Of a stretch of DNA of 64,000 nt, positions 17,872 to 30,700 are shown in pieces. The notes below the pieces were generated by a model. That model had not been told where the DNA came from and searched no databases. It worked only from the letters and a program-made list of their open reading frames with translations. How positions within the stretch are numbered: position 1 is the first letter of the stretch; each line of letters opens with the position of its first letter. Location of the stretch: positions 123,566,001-123,630,000 of the forward strand of contig OZ024740.1 of assembly GCA_964016885.1 (NCBI GenBank), given 5' to 3'. Made by a program: the position numbers and the translations under genes. This DNA comes from Eledone cirrhosa. Its lineage: Eukaryota.

Positions 17872-19048
17872 AGTGTTGAAAAACCACATATGCTTGAAAT
17901 ATTTAACCAAGAAACAGACAGGATGACAAAATGAAAATAAAAATATATTATCATAATACAAACCGCCTCAATAACCATTATATCTCTCGGACAGATTATC
18001 CCTAATCTGTTTCGCCCTGAGTGTGTTTGTAACAGATAATCCTGGGCTTCATCAGCGAGAGTTTGCAATTAAATGTCACAAACACTGGCCTAGCGTGCGA
18101 AAGAAAAGAATTACGCAAAGGTCAAACGGGAAGAAGGAAGAGGAGGAGGAGGAGAGGTAGTAACAGAGAGTGAGTGAGTGAAGGGTGAGGAAGAGGCTAA
18201 CAGAGAGAGTGACTGTTAGAGAGGGTAAAGATACAGAGAAAGAGGAAGCAGTAAGAACGAAATAGACGGGTCACAGCAGGAGAAAAAAATATGCGTAAAT
18301 ATGAAAATAAACGTGCTGCGGAGTTGCAAATGGGTTACATATGAATAAAGTGGTCCTTTATCAATGATCTTCCAACCATCATCGGTATTTCTTCGCTTTA
18401 AAGACCATATATCTCCGGTTGGTCCGAGCAACCGCTAAAGAAAGTCGTTGAGAAATGTAAATAAAGGGAACAGCGAGAGTGTAAACAAACACAGATGGTG
18501 AAGCAACGAAACGTGAGGAAGAGCGAGTCAAGTCCAAAAATTTCCATGAATATAAGTTCTGTGAAATCGTGAACGAGAGAGAATAAAGACCGTCAAACCT
18601 GTTTCAAATGTGAGCAAAGAAGGAATTTCGCACAGGTCTAACGGGAGGAAGAAGGGGACTAGTCTGTGAATTCGGTGAACATAAGTTCTGTGAAATCGTA
18701 GACGAGAGAGAGAAAAAAGGCGAACCAGCCTGACCAAGCGTGCGAAAGAAAAGAATTACGCACAGGTCAAACGGGAAGAAGGAGGAGGAGGAGGAGGATA
18801 GGTAGTAACAGAGAGTGAGTGAGTGAAGGGTGGGGAAAAGGCTAACAGAGAGAGTGACTGTTAGAGAGGGTAACGATACAGAGAAAGAGGAGCAGTAACA
18901 TCGAAATAGACGGGTCACAGCGGCAGAAAAAGATATGGGTAAATATGAGAATAAACGTGCTGCTAATTTGCAAATGGGCTACATATGAATAAAGTGGTCC
19001 TTCATCAGTGATCTTTCAACCATCATCGGTATTTCTTCGCTTTAAAGA

Positions 19049-19052
<4 letters not shown>
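17872..19052 (-). mobile_element. Non-coding PLE-type 3' end with an HHR and an internal direct duplication of about 320 bp
   Basis: HHR at 17984-18061; 18092-18410 resembles 18737-19052; (TA)n on both sides. Confidence 0.65.
17984..18061 (-). ncRNA. Type-I hammerhead ribozyme with full stem III
   Basis: Reverse complement: CTCTCG CTGATGA a GCCC..GGGC GAAAC AGATTA ggga TAATCT GTC CGAGAG. Confidence 0.85.
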
Positions 19053-19124
<72 letters not shown>

Positions 19125-19250
19125 TGGGAGTTACCAGTTAGACTAGTAAGTCCATATGCTACTATGTACTTGATATTTGCGAAAGTAGAGCATATGGATA
19201 ATTAGAAGTTAGTGCCTGATGTCTGAGCTCTGACATCGGGCAGTAACATT

Positions 19251-19313
<63 letters not shown>

Positions 19314-19489
19314 TGTATGATCCAGACTACAATGACAAGTGGTTCTGGCTTGACTGTTGACAGGCTGAAATTCCTTGACATCACAGTCATGTTCATACTT
19401 CTATATATATCCATTCTGCATCTTTCCATGCATTGAGTTCCCCAATGATTTGTAGTGCCCTTGGACTTAGCAGCACAGACACACACACA

Positions 19490-19563
<74 letters not shown>

Positions 19564-20044
19564 ATATATATATATACACACACACACACAAACCTACATC
19601 CCTACCTACCTGCCTCTGAAATATTCACACAACAAAAGCAAAAAATAATTTCTTCATAATAAAAAAAATATTTTGTCATTGAAAGTGAAATTCTCAAGTT
19701 TATTGTGAATAAACATATCGTATTTGTTTTCATATACAACTCTATTATGCACAACACTATTACCATGTTACTGCCCATTAATTATTACCAGACAAGTTCA
19801 CACTATATGCAGATGAGTATCTTCAGCAAAATCTAAGGAGGCTCTAACCAATTTTCATTTCAGTACCAGTTGACGCACTGTCACAGATGGGAGATTAACA
19901 AATCTTGAATCAGCTATCTAGCCACTGAGATATCTGCGACATGTCTACAGAACAAAGAGAAAAATAAACTTTACATAACAAATAAATATCTTATCTTTGA
20001 TATTGAGGCTCCTGTATATGTTCTCATAAACTCTGTCTCTCTCT

Positions 20045-20177
<133 letters not shown>

Positions 20178-20224
20178 ATATACAATATATTAATAAATGG
20201 AAACTATATTTATAAAACCATAAT

Positions 20225-20289
20225 TATTTTATTATATATATTTCAAGGGCGACCAAGGTAAATTATGGTGCGCTTTCATCAGATAAATA
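20225..20289 (-). ncRNA. Hammerhead ribozyme (pLTR)
   Basis: Reverse complement of 24311-24376. Confidence 0.78.
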
Positions 20290-21635
20290 CAGATTTGTTT
20301 TATAAATAAATATTGACATACCCGGATTAAAGACAACCTTAACGGTTGAAATTCGCTGGGTAGTGGAGATAATTGAGAGTGATACAAAGTTGTGAGTGAG
20401 TATGCAAATGAGTGTCAGAAGAATTGAAAAAAACAACGGTTTATTTAAATTAAATTGTTGGAAAAAATAGATGCAAAAGGGAGAGAGACAAACATTGAGA
20501 GGGAGAGAGATAAAGAGAAAAAAATTGAGAGCGAAAGAGAAAAGAATATTTTAAAAAATATTGAAAAAAAGAGGGAGAAAGAGTAGTGAGAGGGAGAGAG
20601 AAGAAAGAGAAAGAGGGGCGAAGTGAGCGAAGATTAAAATTGCATATAGATGAGTAGTCAGAACGTAAATATATCATTCATTATGTTATGTTTATATTAT
20701 TTATAAAGGTAAAGTTAAAAAATTAAATTAATGATAAAAAATCTTTACAAAAGAATATTGTTATAATTTAGTTAAAAATTTAACCAGAAATTTAATTAAA
20801 ATTTAATTAGTATTTAATTAAAATTTAATTAGAATTTAATTAAAATTTAAATGTAAGTTTGGCAAAATTATACCCAGCCAGAGTTTCTTAATAGTTGTAA
20901 GTCAAATCTTAAACATCAAATATTTATGAAGATTTACGAGAGTTTAGAAAGTAAAAATGATTTAATTAGCAGTATATATTAAAACAATTTACAATTTCGA
21001 CTATAAATTAAGACTATAAAGATTGAGATTATAAAAACAATAAGAACGTTTAAAGAAAGTTAAAAGGGATTTTTTTAAAACCCAAATGACTCCAAGGATA
21101 GATAAAAATCACTACGAAATGTATAAGAAGTTATAAAAGTTCATCTTAAATATAATTAAAATATAAGACATAATTATTTCACACATATATAAATAATATA
21201 AATGATTGGATATATATGAAAATACATAAGTATTAAAAATAATTGGATATATATTAAAATACATAAGTATTAAACATGTTTAGAATATTGGAAGAAGTAG
21301 GGGTAATGGAAGATATGAAAATAGTGGTTTTTCGTATCTTTCAAAAGAACTTTTCAAAAATGTAATCATAAGTTTTACAAAAATTTCCAGGAGGTGTTTC
21401 GAAGGAAACTTTTAGAATTTTTCAAAACATTGTCATAAAAGAATTTCTGAAGGTAGGATTGAAAAGTGCGATAATATAAGTATTAGAAAGTAAAGGTTTT
21501 AAGGAGTAAATTAAAATTAATAAGTGTACTTTATATATTTATAAGGTTAGAATTATATTGATATATATAATCTGAGGGAAGAGATTATAGGTGTTTGGAT
21601 GTAGAAAACCTTATGGAAAGAAGAATGAACATATA

Positions 21636-22540
21636 TTACATTTTATATATATATCTAAAGGTTGAGTTTAACCGATGTTTACAAGAACTAAATAAATTAT
21701 TCCGCATATTAATAGAGTTCTTAGATTTCCGTATAAAGAATATTTCCTCTACGCAAATGCTAAAAAAGTTGGATAGGGCTGTGTAGGATGGCGCTTTGTA
21801 GACACTATTCCAGCTTAAAGAGTAGTTTATATTCTTGGATTTTAAATTCCATAATAAGTTGTATAAAGAAGTTGAAGATGCCTTGGTAATATTCGTAAAG
21901 GAATATTTATGTTTATTGAAACGAGATTTGAAGTCTGCCGAAGTAGAGCCGACATAGTTGAAGGAATTATCTTTGGTTTTGACATTACAATTGTATACTA
22001 TATTTTTAACTGAACAATTATTATTTAGAGGACAGTTAAATTTATTTCTACAATTATAGTTATCGGAATTTATATTATTGGGAGCCGTAACATTATATTG
22101 GATATTGCTAGAGATATTAATGCTATTCTGGTTAAGTTTTAAGTTTCTATTATTAATTCTATTAATATTCTGCGCTAAATTCATAGTGGTAGAGTATGAT
22201 AATTTAATAGTATGTCTATTAAGGATTGAGTAATACCTGTGCGTCTTGGGAACACAATTATCTAGAGCTTTAAAAAATAGTTTAACTATTAGAGTTTCAA
22301 TTCTTAATGAGAAAGGGGGAGCAAACCATAATATATTTCTAGTTCTATTTCTTCTTTTGATTTTCGAGTTAGAGCAAGGTTTCCTATTATAATTATAATT
22401 ATAGTTATGGTTAATTGGCACATCCTTATTATCAATATATTTAATGTCATTATTATAGCCTGCTCTACTTAAAGCTTCCTTATAATATTGTGCCTTATCT
22501 TCAAATATATTTTTATTCGCTGAAATTCTAGAAATACGTT
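21636..22540 (-). pseudogene. PLE RT thumb + GIY-YIG fragment
   Basis: WFAPPFS, KLSYST, NCRNKFNCPLNNNC, YVGST, RFNKH, CKHR. Confidence 0.88.
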
Positions 22541-23881
22541 GCTCCTTAAATTCTAGAAATACGTTACTCCTTAAAACCTTTACTTTCTAATACTTATATT
22601 ATCGCACTTTTCAATCCTATCTCCAGAAATTCTTTTATGAAAATGTTTTGAAAAATTCTAAAAATTTCCTTCGAAACACCTCCTGAAAATGTTTTTAAAA
22701 CTTATGATTACATTTTTGAAAGGTTCTTTTGAAAGATACGAAAATCCACTATTTTCATATCTTCCATTACCCCTACATCTTCCAATATTCTAAACATGTT
22801 TAATACTTATGTATTTTCATATATATACAATTATTTTTAATACTTATGTATTTTCATATATATCCAATCATTTGTATATGTGGAATAATTATGTCTTATA
22901 TTTTAATTATATTTAAGATGAATTTTCATAACTTCTTATACATTTCGTAGTGATTTTTATCTATCCTTGGAGTCATTTAGATTTTTTAAAAATCCCTTTT
23001 AACTTCCTTTAAACTTCCTTATTGTTTTTATAATCTCAATCTTTATAGTCTTAATTTATAGTCGAAATTGTAAATTGTTTTAATATATACTCCTAATTAA
23101 ATCATTTTTCCTTTCTAAACTCTCGTAAATCTTCATAAATATTTGATGTTTAAGATTTGACTTACAACTATTAATAAACTCTGGCTAAATATAATTTTGC
23201 CAAACTTACTTTAATCAATTAAACTATACCTGTTTTTTTCTCCAATGCAAAATACTATACATTCAAATAATTGATAACCTATAACATAAAATACCCATCT
23301 AAACCTATATAGTATTAATACATCTTAATACATTTTAAAATACTTCTTCTTGTAATATATCTTATTGTAATTAATTAAATTTTAATTAAATTCTAATTAA
23401 ATTTCTGGTTAAATTTTTAACTAAATTATAACAATATTCTTTTGTAAATATTTGTTATCATTAATTTAATTTTTTAACTTTTCCTTTATAAATAATATAA
23501 ACATAACATAATGAATGATATATTTACATTCTAACTACTCATCTATATAAAATGTATTTCTTCGCTCACTTCGCCCCTCTTTCTCTTTCTTCTCTCTCCC
23601 TCTTACTACTCTTTCTCCCTCTTTTTTTCAATATTTTTTTCAATATTCTTTCTCTCTCCCTCTCAATACATTTTCCTTTCTCTCTCCATCTCAATATGTG
23701 TTCTTTCCTTCACTCTCTCTCAATATTATATCTCTTCTCTTTTTTCTTCTATCTCTCTCGTTCTCTTTCTATTCTCTTCTCTCTTCCATCTCACTATTCT
23801 ATCTCCCACCCTTTCAATATATTTTTTTTCTCTATCTCTCTCCCTCTCAATGTTTTTCTCTTATCTCTCTCCCTCTCAATT

Positions 23882-24149
23882 TTTTGTCTCTTTCCCTTTT
23901 ACATCTATTTTGTCTCTTTCCCTTTTATATCTATTTTGTCTCTCTCCCTTTTACATCTATTTTGTCTCTCTCCCTTTTACATCTATTTTGTCTCTCTCCC
24001 TTTTACATCTATTTTGTCTCTCTTCCTTTTACATTTATTTTGTCTCTCTCCCTTTTACATCTATTTTGTCTCTCTCCTTTTTACATCTATTGTGTCTCTT
24101 TCCCTTTTACATCTATTTTGTCTCTCTCCCTTTTACATCTATTTTGTCT
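23882..24149 (+). repeat. 26-bp minisatellite, about 10 copies (TTTTGTCTCTCTCCCTTTTACATCTA)
   Basis: Directly visible; only one unit is present in the opposite arm (about 20463-20492). Confidence 0.9.
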
Positions 24150-24310
24150 AATTTAAATAAACCGTTGCTTTTTCAATTTTTCTGACACTCATTTGCATAC
24201 TCACTCACAACTTTGTATCACCCTCAATTATCTCCACTATCCAGCGAATTTCAACCGTTAAGATTGTCTTTAATCCGGGTATGTCAATATTTATTTATAA
24301 AACAAATCTG

Positions 24311-24376
24311 TATTTTATCTGATGAAAGCGCACCATAATTTACCTTGGTCGCCCTTGAAATATATATAATAAAATA
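24311..24376 (+). ncRNA. Hammerhead ribozyme (inverted pLTR)
   Basis: TATTTTAT CTGATGA AAG..CTT GAAA TATATA T A ATAAAATA. Confidence 0.8.
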
Positions 24377-24547
24377 ATTATGGTTTTATAAATATAGTTT
24401 CCATTTATTAATATATTGTATATTTACTCCACACGCTGTTGAGTGCTTTATATCAGTTATAAAAATGTTTAAGCTTGTTGAATCCCAACAAATTAAATAT
24501 ACCCTCTGCATATATATATATATATATATATTTAATATAGAAATGGC

Positions 24548-24592
24548 TTCTACAGGACTAGAACTGTTTCAATCGAAGGAAATCATCAGGAA
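24548..24592 (-). ncRNA. Degenerate hammerhead remnant
   Basis: Reverse complement: TTC CTGATGA ...GAAAC AGTTCTAGTCCT GTA GAA; a related copy lies at about 34365-34411 (+). Confidence 0.5.
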
Positions 24593-24824
24593 TATACATA
24601 CTCTCATATATATATTTATCATCATCATCATTTAACATCCATTTTCCACACTAGCATGGGAACAATTATGTATATATATATTTATATTGTATATATATTG
24701 TGAATTACTGGTGATGATAGCAATATGAGCACATGGTGCACAGGCAAAGTGTATATGATATGAAAAAATGAAGTTTCATTTACATGTATTTATGTTTTTA
24801 TTGAGTATCGACTTGTTTGTCAGA

Positions 24825-24876
<52 letters not shown>

Positions 24877-24881
<5 letters not shown>

Positions 24882-25320
24882 CAACTCCTCTCTCTTCTCC
24901 AGCGTTCGAATAGTCCTCACATTCAAAGTGCCCATTTTGATGGCTCTTCTGCAGGACAAAACTGCATTCTTTATATTTGTCTCAGAGACAGCTGATCCAT
25001 CATCCACTGGCCCTCTCTGTGGCTCTAAGCCAGCAGAGTCATAACGACCCGGCTGCTCCTTGACAGTGTAATTAGGGGCTCTAACTCTAGTGCTGTTAGA
25101 TCGACTCTCCATATTTCTTTTCAATGGCTGACAATACCTTACCGGCGCCACTCGAATAAGGTAGTTATTTAACCCATAAATGGAGCCCTAACAGGTACTA
25201 CCACCCCGGGACAGGGCAGACCTGGGAGTCATGACAACTAACGGGTAACTCCACATTCCCCACATCTCCTGAACTCCCGAACTGGAGCCTTGCCACTGGA
25301 TATAGTTTAATGTCATACCC
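24877..25320 (-). mobile_element. Inverted copy of the 5' UTR and ORF start of the adjacent RTE-type LINE
   Basis: Same peptide (AVSETNIKNAVLSCRRAIKMGTLNVRT) as 25412+, on the opposite strand. Confidence 0.9.
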
Positions 25321-25328
25321 ATTGTCCT

Positions 25329-28300
25329 GGGTATGACATTAAACTACATCCAGTGGCAAGGAGCAGCCTGGTCGTTATGACTCTGCTGGCTTAGAGCCAC
25401 AGAGAGGGCCAGTGGATGATGGATCAGCTGTCTCTGAGACAAATATAAAGAATGCAGTTTTGTCCTGCAGAAGAGCCATCAAAATGGGCACTTTGAATGT
25501 GAGGACTATTCGAACGCTGGAGAAGCGAGAGGAGTTGGGACATCTGTTCGAGGAGAGTGGTATACAGATACTTGCGATCCAAGAACACAGGATTCTACAC
25601 GATGAGCCCGTGAGGAGTGTGATGATCGGGAGGAAGAGCCAGCTCATCACTACATCGGCAGTGAAGAACACAACAAATGCTGCAGTAGGAGGAGTGGGTT
25701 TTGTGTTCAGTGCAAAAACCAATCTGTTGGTGAGGGAAATCCCCGCGAGTGTTGAGGGTGACCTTCAATGGAAACCCAAGAGGGACAGTCATCTCAGCCT
25801 ATAGTCCAACCGAGGGGGACAGTGATGTGAATGCCGAGGAGTTCCATGAGGAGGTGTGTAGAGCTGTCAACACCACTCAGGCACACAATATCCTGCTTGT
25901 TTTGGGGAACTTCAATGCACATCTGAGTAAGGAGGGCAGTGAAGATCCTTGCTGGTACTTCCATAACAACACCAACCGAAATGGAAGACTACTGAGAGAC
26001 ACCCTGCTGGAGGCGAACTTGATGGCGACCAACCTAAGGTTTAGGAAGAATCTGGGGAAGATGTGGACCTACATCTCAGATATGCACCTGTCCAAGTCCC
26101 AGATTGATTTCATTCTGGTGAGGAAAAAGTGGCGGAATAGTGTTCTGAACACGGAACCATACAGCTATTTCAGTACACTGGGTAGTGACCACCGGCTTGT
26201 TATGAGTGAGGTCTGTGTGAGCTTAAGAAAGAGCAAGGCTCAGCCCCGGAGAACAATCTATGACTGGGGAGCTTTCAAGGAAGATGATAAGCTACAGGAG
26301 AGGTTCACAGGGGAAGTGAGAAACAGGTTTAGTGCTCTGTGTGGAGAGTCAGAGGAGAGAGAGATTGGATGGACTGAGGAGAGTGTGACGAGGAGGTACG
26401 GGCACTTCACCAATGCAGTGGCGAAAGCAAGTGAAACCCTGGTGCCGAGGAAAAAGAACAAAGGGAAGCACGTCAGCTCTGCAAACCCAAAAGTGTGTGC
26501 AGCCAGAGAAACACCTGAAAGCTGCCAGGGACCAATTCTATGCTGATCCTACGGAGGAGAGGATGGAGACTGTGGAGGTGATGAGGGAAGAGCTCTGTAC
26601 CGCTTACACTGAGGTCAGAGAGGAGGCACTGATAGAGAAGATCAGAAGTGTGGAGAGAGCGGTTGACAGATCTGGATGTAAGGAGAGCTGGATGATCATC
26701 AACGAGATCACAGGGAGGAAGAAAAGGTGTTCAAGTCAGATCCAGGGAACGGGGCCCGAGGATAGGGGGAGGAAATGGCTAGACCATTTTAAGACTCTAC
26801 TAGGAGAGCCACCCTCCACAGCCCAGAGCACTGGGGAGATCAGGCGACTGTTTGAGGAACTGGATGTTGAGACAGAGCCCTTCACCAGAGAGGAGCTTCA
26901 GAGAGCCAAGAAGAAGATCAAGGAGGGCAAGGCTCATGGAGAAGATGGAGTGGCATCAGAGGTGATGAAGAGGTGTGATTTTGATGATATCATCCTGGGG
27001 TTCTGTAACGGGGCACTGGAGAAAGGAGTTGCCCTGAATCAGTGGAGGATCAGTAACATCGTCCCAGTGCCAAAGAAGGGAGATCTCTCTAACACCAACA
27101 ACTACCGGGGGATCTCACTGACGTCACCTGTGGCAAAGACCCTCAACAGGATGATTCTTAACAGGATCCAGCCTGAGATGGGGAAGAAGCTCAGGGACAA
27201 CCAGAACGGCTTCAGAGAGGGTAGATCAACCACCAGTCACATCCTGATGCTGAGGAGGATATTAGAGGGAGCTAGAGCAAAGTGCCTTCCTGTGGTCATG
27301 GTTTTCATTGACTTTAGGAAGGCCTTTGATTCTGTGGACCGTTACTGCCTGATGAAGATCTTACAGGCTTATGGAATCCCCAAGAGGATAGTGGGCCTGA
27401 TATCACTGCTCTACACCAACACCAAAGCCCAAGTCATTACACCTGATGGGATGACAGAGTTCTTTGAGATACTGGCTGGAGTGCTCCAGGGCGATACATT
27501 GGCTCCCTACCTTTTTATCATCTTTTTGGACTATTGTATGCGTCTTGCACTGGAGAAACACCAGGACTCTGGTTTTACTGTAGCACCGGCTCAGAGCAGG
27601 AGAGTTGGGGCGAAAAAGGTATCGGATGCTGAATTTGCCGACGACATAGTTTTGGTGACAAATACAGTGAAGGAGGCAGAGGATTTGATGCGGGAGGTTG
27701 AGACTGTGTCGATGAGTGTGGGGCTGAGAATGAATGAGACTAAAACAAAATATCTGGTAGAGAATGTTGAGAAGCCAGAGGGGATCACTAATGTAGGCGG
27801 GAAGCCGCTGGAATTGGTTGAGGACTTCCTGTATTTGGGAGCAAAGATTGGGAATACGGAAGATGATGTGGTTGAGAGGAAGAGCAAGGCCTGGGCGGCG
27901 TGTCACAGCTTGAGATCGGTGTGGAAGTCGGACCTTCGTAGAGACCTGAAAATCCGCCTCTTCATTGCTGTAGTGGAGTCTGTGCTGCTGTATGGGTCTG
28001 AGACTTGGACACTGACCAAAAGACTCACTCAGATGGTGGATGGGTGCTACACGAGAGTGCTGAGGATGGCTCTGAACATTAATCAGTATACACTGAGGAT
28101 GAAAAACTCAGAGCTGTATGGGAGCATCCCAAAAGTCAGCTCAAAAGTGACACAGAGGAGACTGAGGTTGGCTGGACATGCTCACCGACATCCAGAGTTG
28201 ACATTGCACTCAGTGCTCCTTTGGGAGCCCCTACATGGACACACTAGAAGAGGAAGACCAAGGTAAACATATGTTGATGCCCTAAGGACAGACACTGGTC

Positions 28301-28400
28301 TGTTGGAGATGCAGGATATGGCAGCGATAATGAGGGACAGAGACCACTGGAGAGAACTCGTCCATGGATGTCGGGAATTTTACCCGCCTTAGATAGATAT
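25329..28400 (+). mobile_element. Near full-length RTE-group LINE (APE endonuclease + RT)
   Basis: GTLNVRT, AIQEH, AYSPT, GNFNAH, QIDFIL, SDH; PKKGD..NYRGISL, QNGFR, FIDFRKAFD, GVLQGDTLAP, FADD, RRGRP; frameshifts near 25745 and 26515, stop at 28264; TAGA/TA tail. Confidence 0.92.
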
Positions 28401-29148
28401 ATATATTTATATATAACCAAAAGCCTGTATAAACAACTTGTATTTATTGCATTATATTAAGTGCTTTATTTCTGATACAAATGTCATGTTTTGACCCAAA
28501 AGTTTAATGAATCGATCCCCAGTAGTTCCAGCCACATCTGGGGGTAGGGGATGGTATCAATTACTATAGAGACCTCTCAGCTAGAGGAATCAGAGTTTCA
28601 ATGTTTTTATTCATCTTTTATTTTGATAGAATATATTTATTATGCCTGTATTTATCATGCCTGTTTACTGGTTTATTTGAATTTACATAAAAACATATTG
28701 CTTAGATTCATATATAAATGACATATCGTAATCATTATCATCCAAATTGTCAATGTTTTTATGTCAACTTTTTCCTGCTAGCATGGGCTGGAGGAGATAG
28801 TTTGAGGCAATGTCTTACTGCTAAATACCCTTACACCATACCCATTCTAAACACTAGAATTCACACAGTCATATATGCATATACATAAATAGTGAATTTA
28901 TATCCATTTGCATTTAGTCTAATTACACCTTTGTGTGCAAGGTCAATATTTTCATTAGGTCAATAAGACAAGCATCTTGGGTGTAGATCTTAGAAAAGTG
29001 CAATAGTGAAACTTAATCGATCACAGTTTTATACAAATTTGATTAATTAACTTAAAGATATAATAATTTAATGCAATCAATATGTAAAACATGAAAGAGC
29101 TTTGCAGCATAGCAGAAATGTGGGTCAAATCCCCCCCCCCCCCCCCCC

Positions 29149-30012
29149 AACGCACCTGGGATGCCATCCAGTGCAGCCTGGCCTCAGACAGGCTCACACG
29201 CCAGCTCGACCAGCACTGCCTTGCTTGTTTTCGTGAGGCTTCTAAACCCCACAGTGGTGTCTGGCTCCATGCCCTGCTCTCCTTCTCCACCGGCATACAG
29301 CTAGACAACCATAGCCTGCACATCGGCATTTCCCTGAGGCTCGGCCTCAGGATCTGCCAGCCACACCAATGTCGCTGCGGTTCCACCGTGGACTCTTTCG
29401 GCCTCCACCCGCTTTCCTGTTGCCACAATGCCTGCCGCATTCCACGCCATGCTGCTCTCAACGAGGTCATTAAGCATGGCTTGGACACTGCAGGCTTCCC
29501 TTCCCAGCTCGAGCCAGTGGGGCTGGATTGAGGGGTCAACAAAAGGCCAGATGGTATGACCATCTTCCCGTTCTGTGGTGGCAAACCCCTCGTCTGGGAT
29601 GCCACTTGCACCGACACTTTCTGCAGCCGCGACCTGGTGCAGTCTGCGACTGACCCAGGTTCTGCTGCATGTCGGGCTGAGGAGGCCAAACTCCTCAAAT
29701 ACTGGCCGCTCTCCGACACGTTTGCAGTCGTGCCCCTGGCAGTGGAGACTTCTGGTGTCCTCGGCCTCAGGGCTACCTCCTTACTCACCACCATAGGCGC
29801 TGAGCTGGCCAGCCGTAGTTGTGAGCCCCGCGAGTTGGAGTGGCTTTTCCAGCGCGTCTTCCTTGCCGTCCTCCCTTCTGTCCTCCGGGGCTGTGGGTGG
29901 GCCCCATCGCGTAAAATGTTTGTAAATATGACAACAATCTATCCAACTAACGATATATTATGTTCATTTTTATTAAAAACTTGTGTAAATCCTTAAAAAA
30001 AACCCAAAAAAA
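29149..30012 (+). mobile_element. CRE-clade non-LTR retrotransposon 3' fragment (zinc knuckle + restriction-like endonuclease)
   Basis: SGVWL, LRLG, CRCG..GLHPLSC, RHAALN, LEPVGL*..KRPDG, WDATC, K..KY, VPLAVET.G; A-rich tail at about 29995-30012. Confidence 0.85.
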
Positions 30013-30439
30013 CCTGTAACATAATTTTACGTCAGTGGGTGGGGATTGTGCAATAGAAAATAAAGGCTTAGTAATTTTCTTAGAGTGTTTGGAGCAAGAA
30101 GTTTCGAAAACTATATTCTTCAACTGGCCAAATTGTAATCTGGAAGTATTTTATCTGGGAGAATGGGATGCATAAGTAGGAGAAGGTAGCATGCATTGTA
30201 GGACTAACCTAGAACACTAAATACACAGGTAGCATCCCTGTTCGTGCATTTGATTTCACAGCAAGAGTAAATGCATACTAAGAAATCAGTAGTTAAAAAC
30301 ATTAATTCTATGCTTTAGTAAATCCTGAGAGATGATAATCAAGACTCGAGTAAAGAAGCACACAAACTGAACAAAATAGAGGCATTTAACTACAGTTTTT
30401 GTTTCTTGTACCATCAAGTGAAACTCTTGACAAATGCTA

Positions 30440-30700
30440 AGTGGTCATAATGGAATTTTCATGAGGAAATATGATCACTGGGTGAAAAAGTGCCAGGAAA
30501 TTCCAATGGAAGAAATTCACAGAAGTTGTAGACCACGAAGGACCTAGGCAGAAGTAGTGAGAACTAGTTTCAAATTGCTAAAACTCACAGAGAAGATGAC
30601 AAATGTACACAGCAAGTGGAGCGATGCGATAGACCCATCCAACTCATGCAAGTGTGGAAAAATGGTAAAAAAAACAACAATGCTGATGATAGTGATTACT
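30440..30700 (+). mobile_element. Old degenerate RTE 3' end
   Basis: RPRRT*AEVV-like peptide and ccatccaactcatgcaagtgtggaa 3' motif similar to the other RTE tails. Confidence 0.5.

Larger units (their letters stand above)
20180..24510 (-). mobile_element. Palindromic Penelope-like element (Naiad-like, related to 2990-6504)
   Basis: 20180-21508 is inverted relative to 22565-24422; GIY-YIG ORF at 21636-22540; extra tail 24423-24510. Confidence 0.9.

Noticed and set aside
23882-24149. CRISPR-like array
   Set aside because: The 26-bp units are contiguous with no spacers, in a eukaryotic context. It is a minisatellite.
29021-29794. 257-aa minus-strand ORF
   Set aside because: It is the antisense shadow of the GC-rich CRE fragment and has no recognisable motifs.
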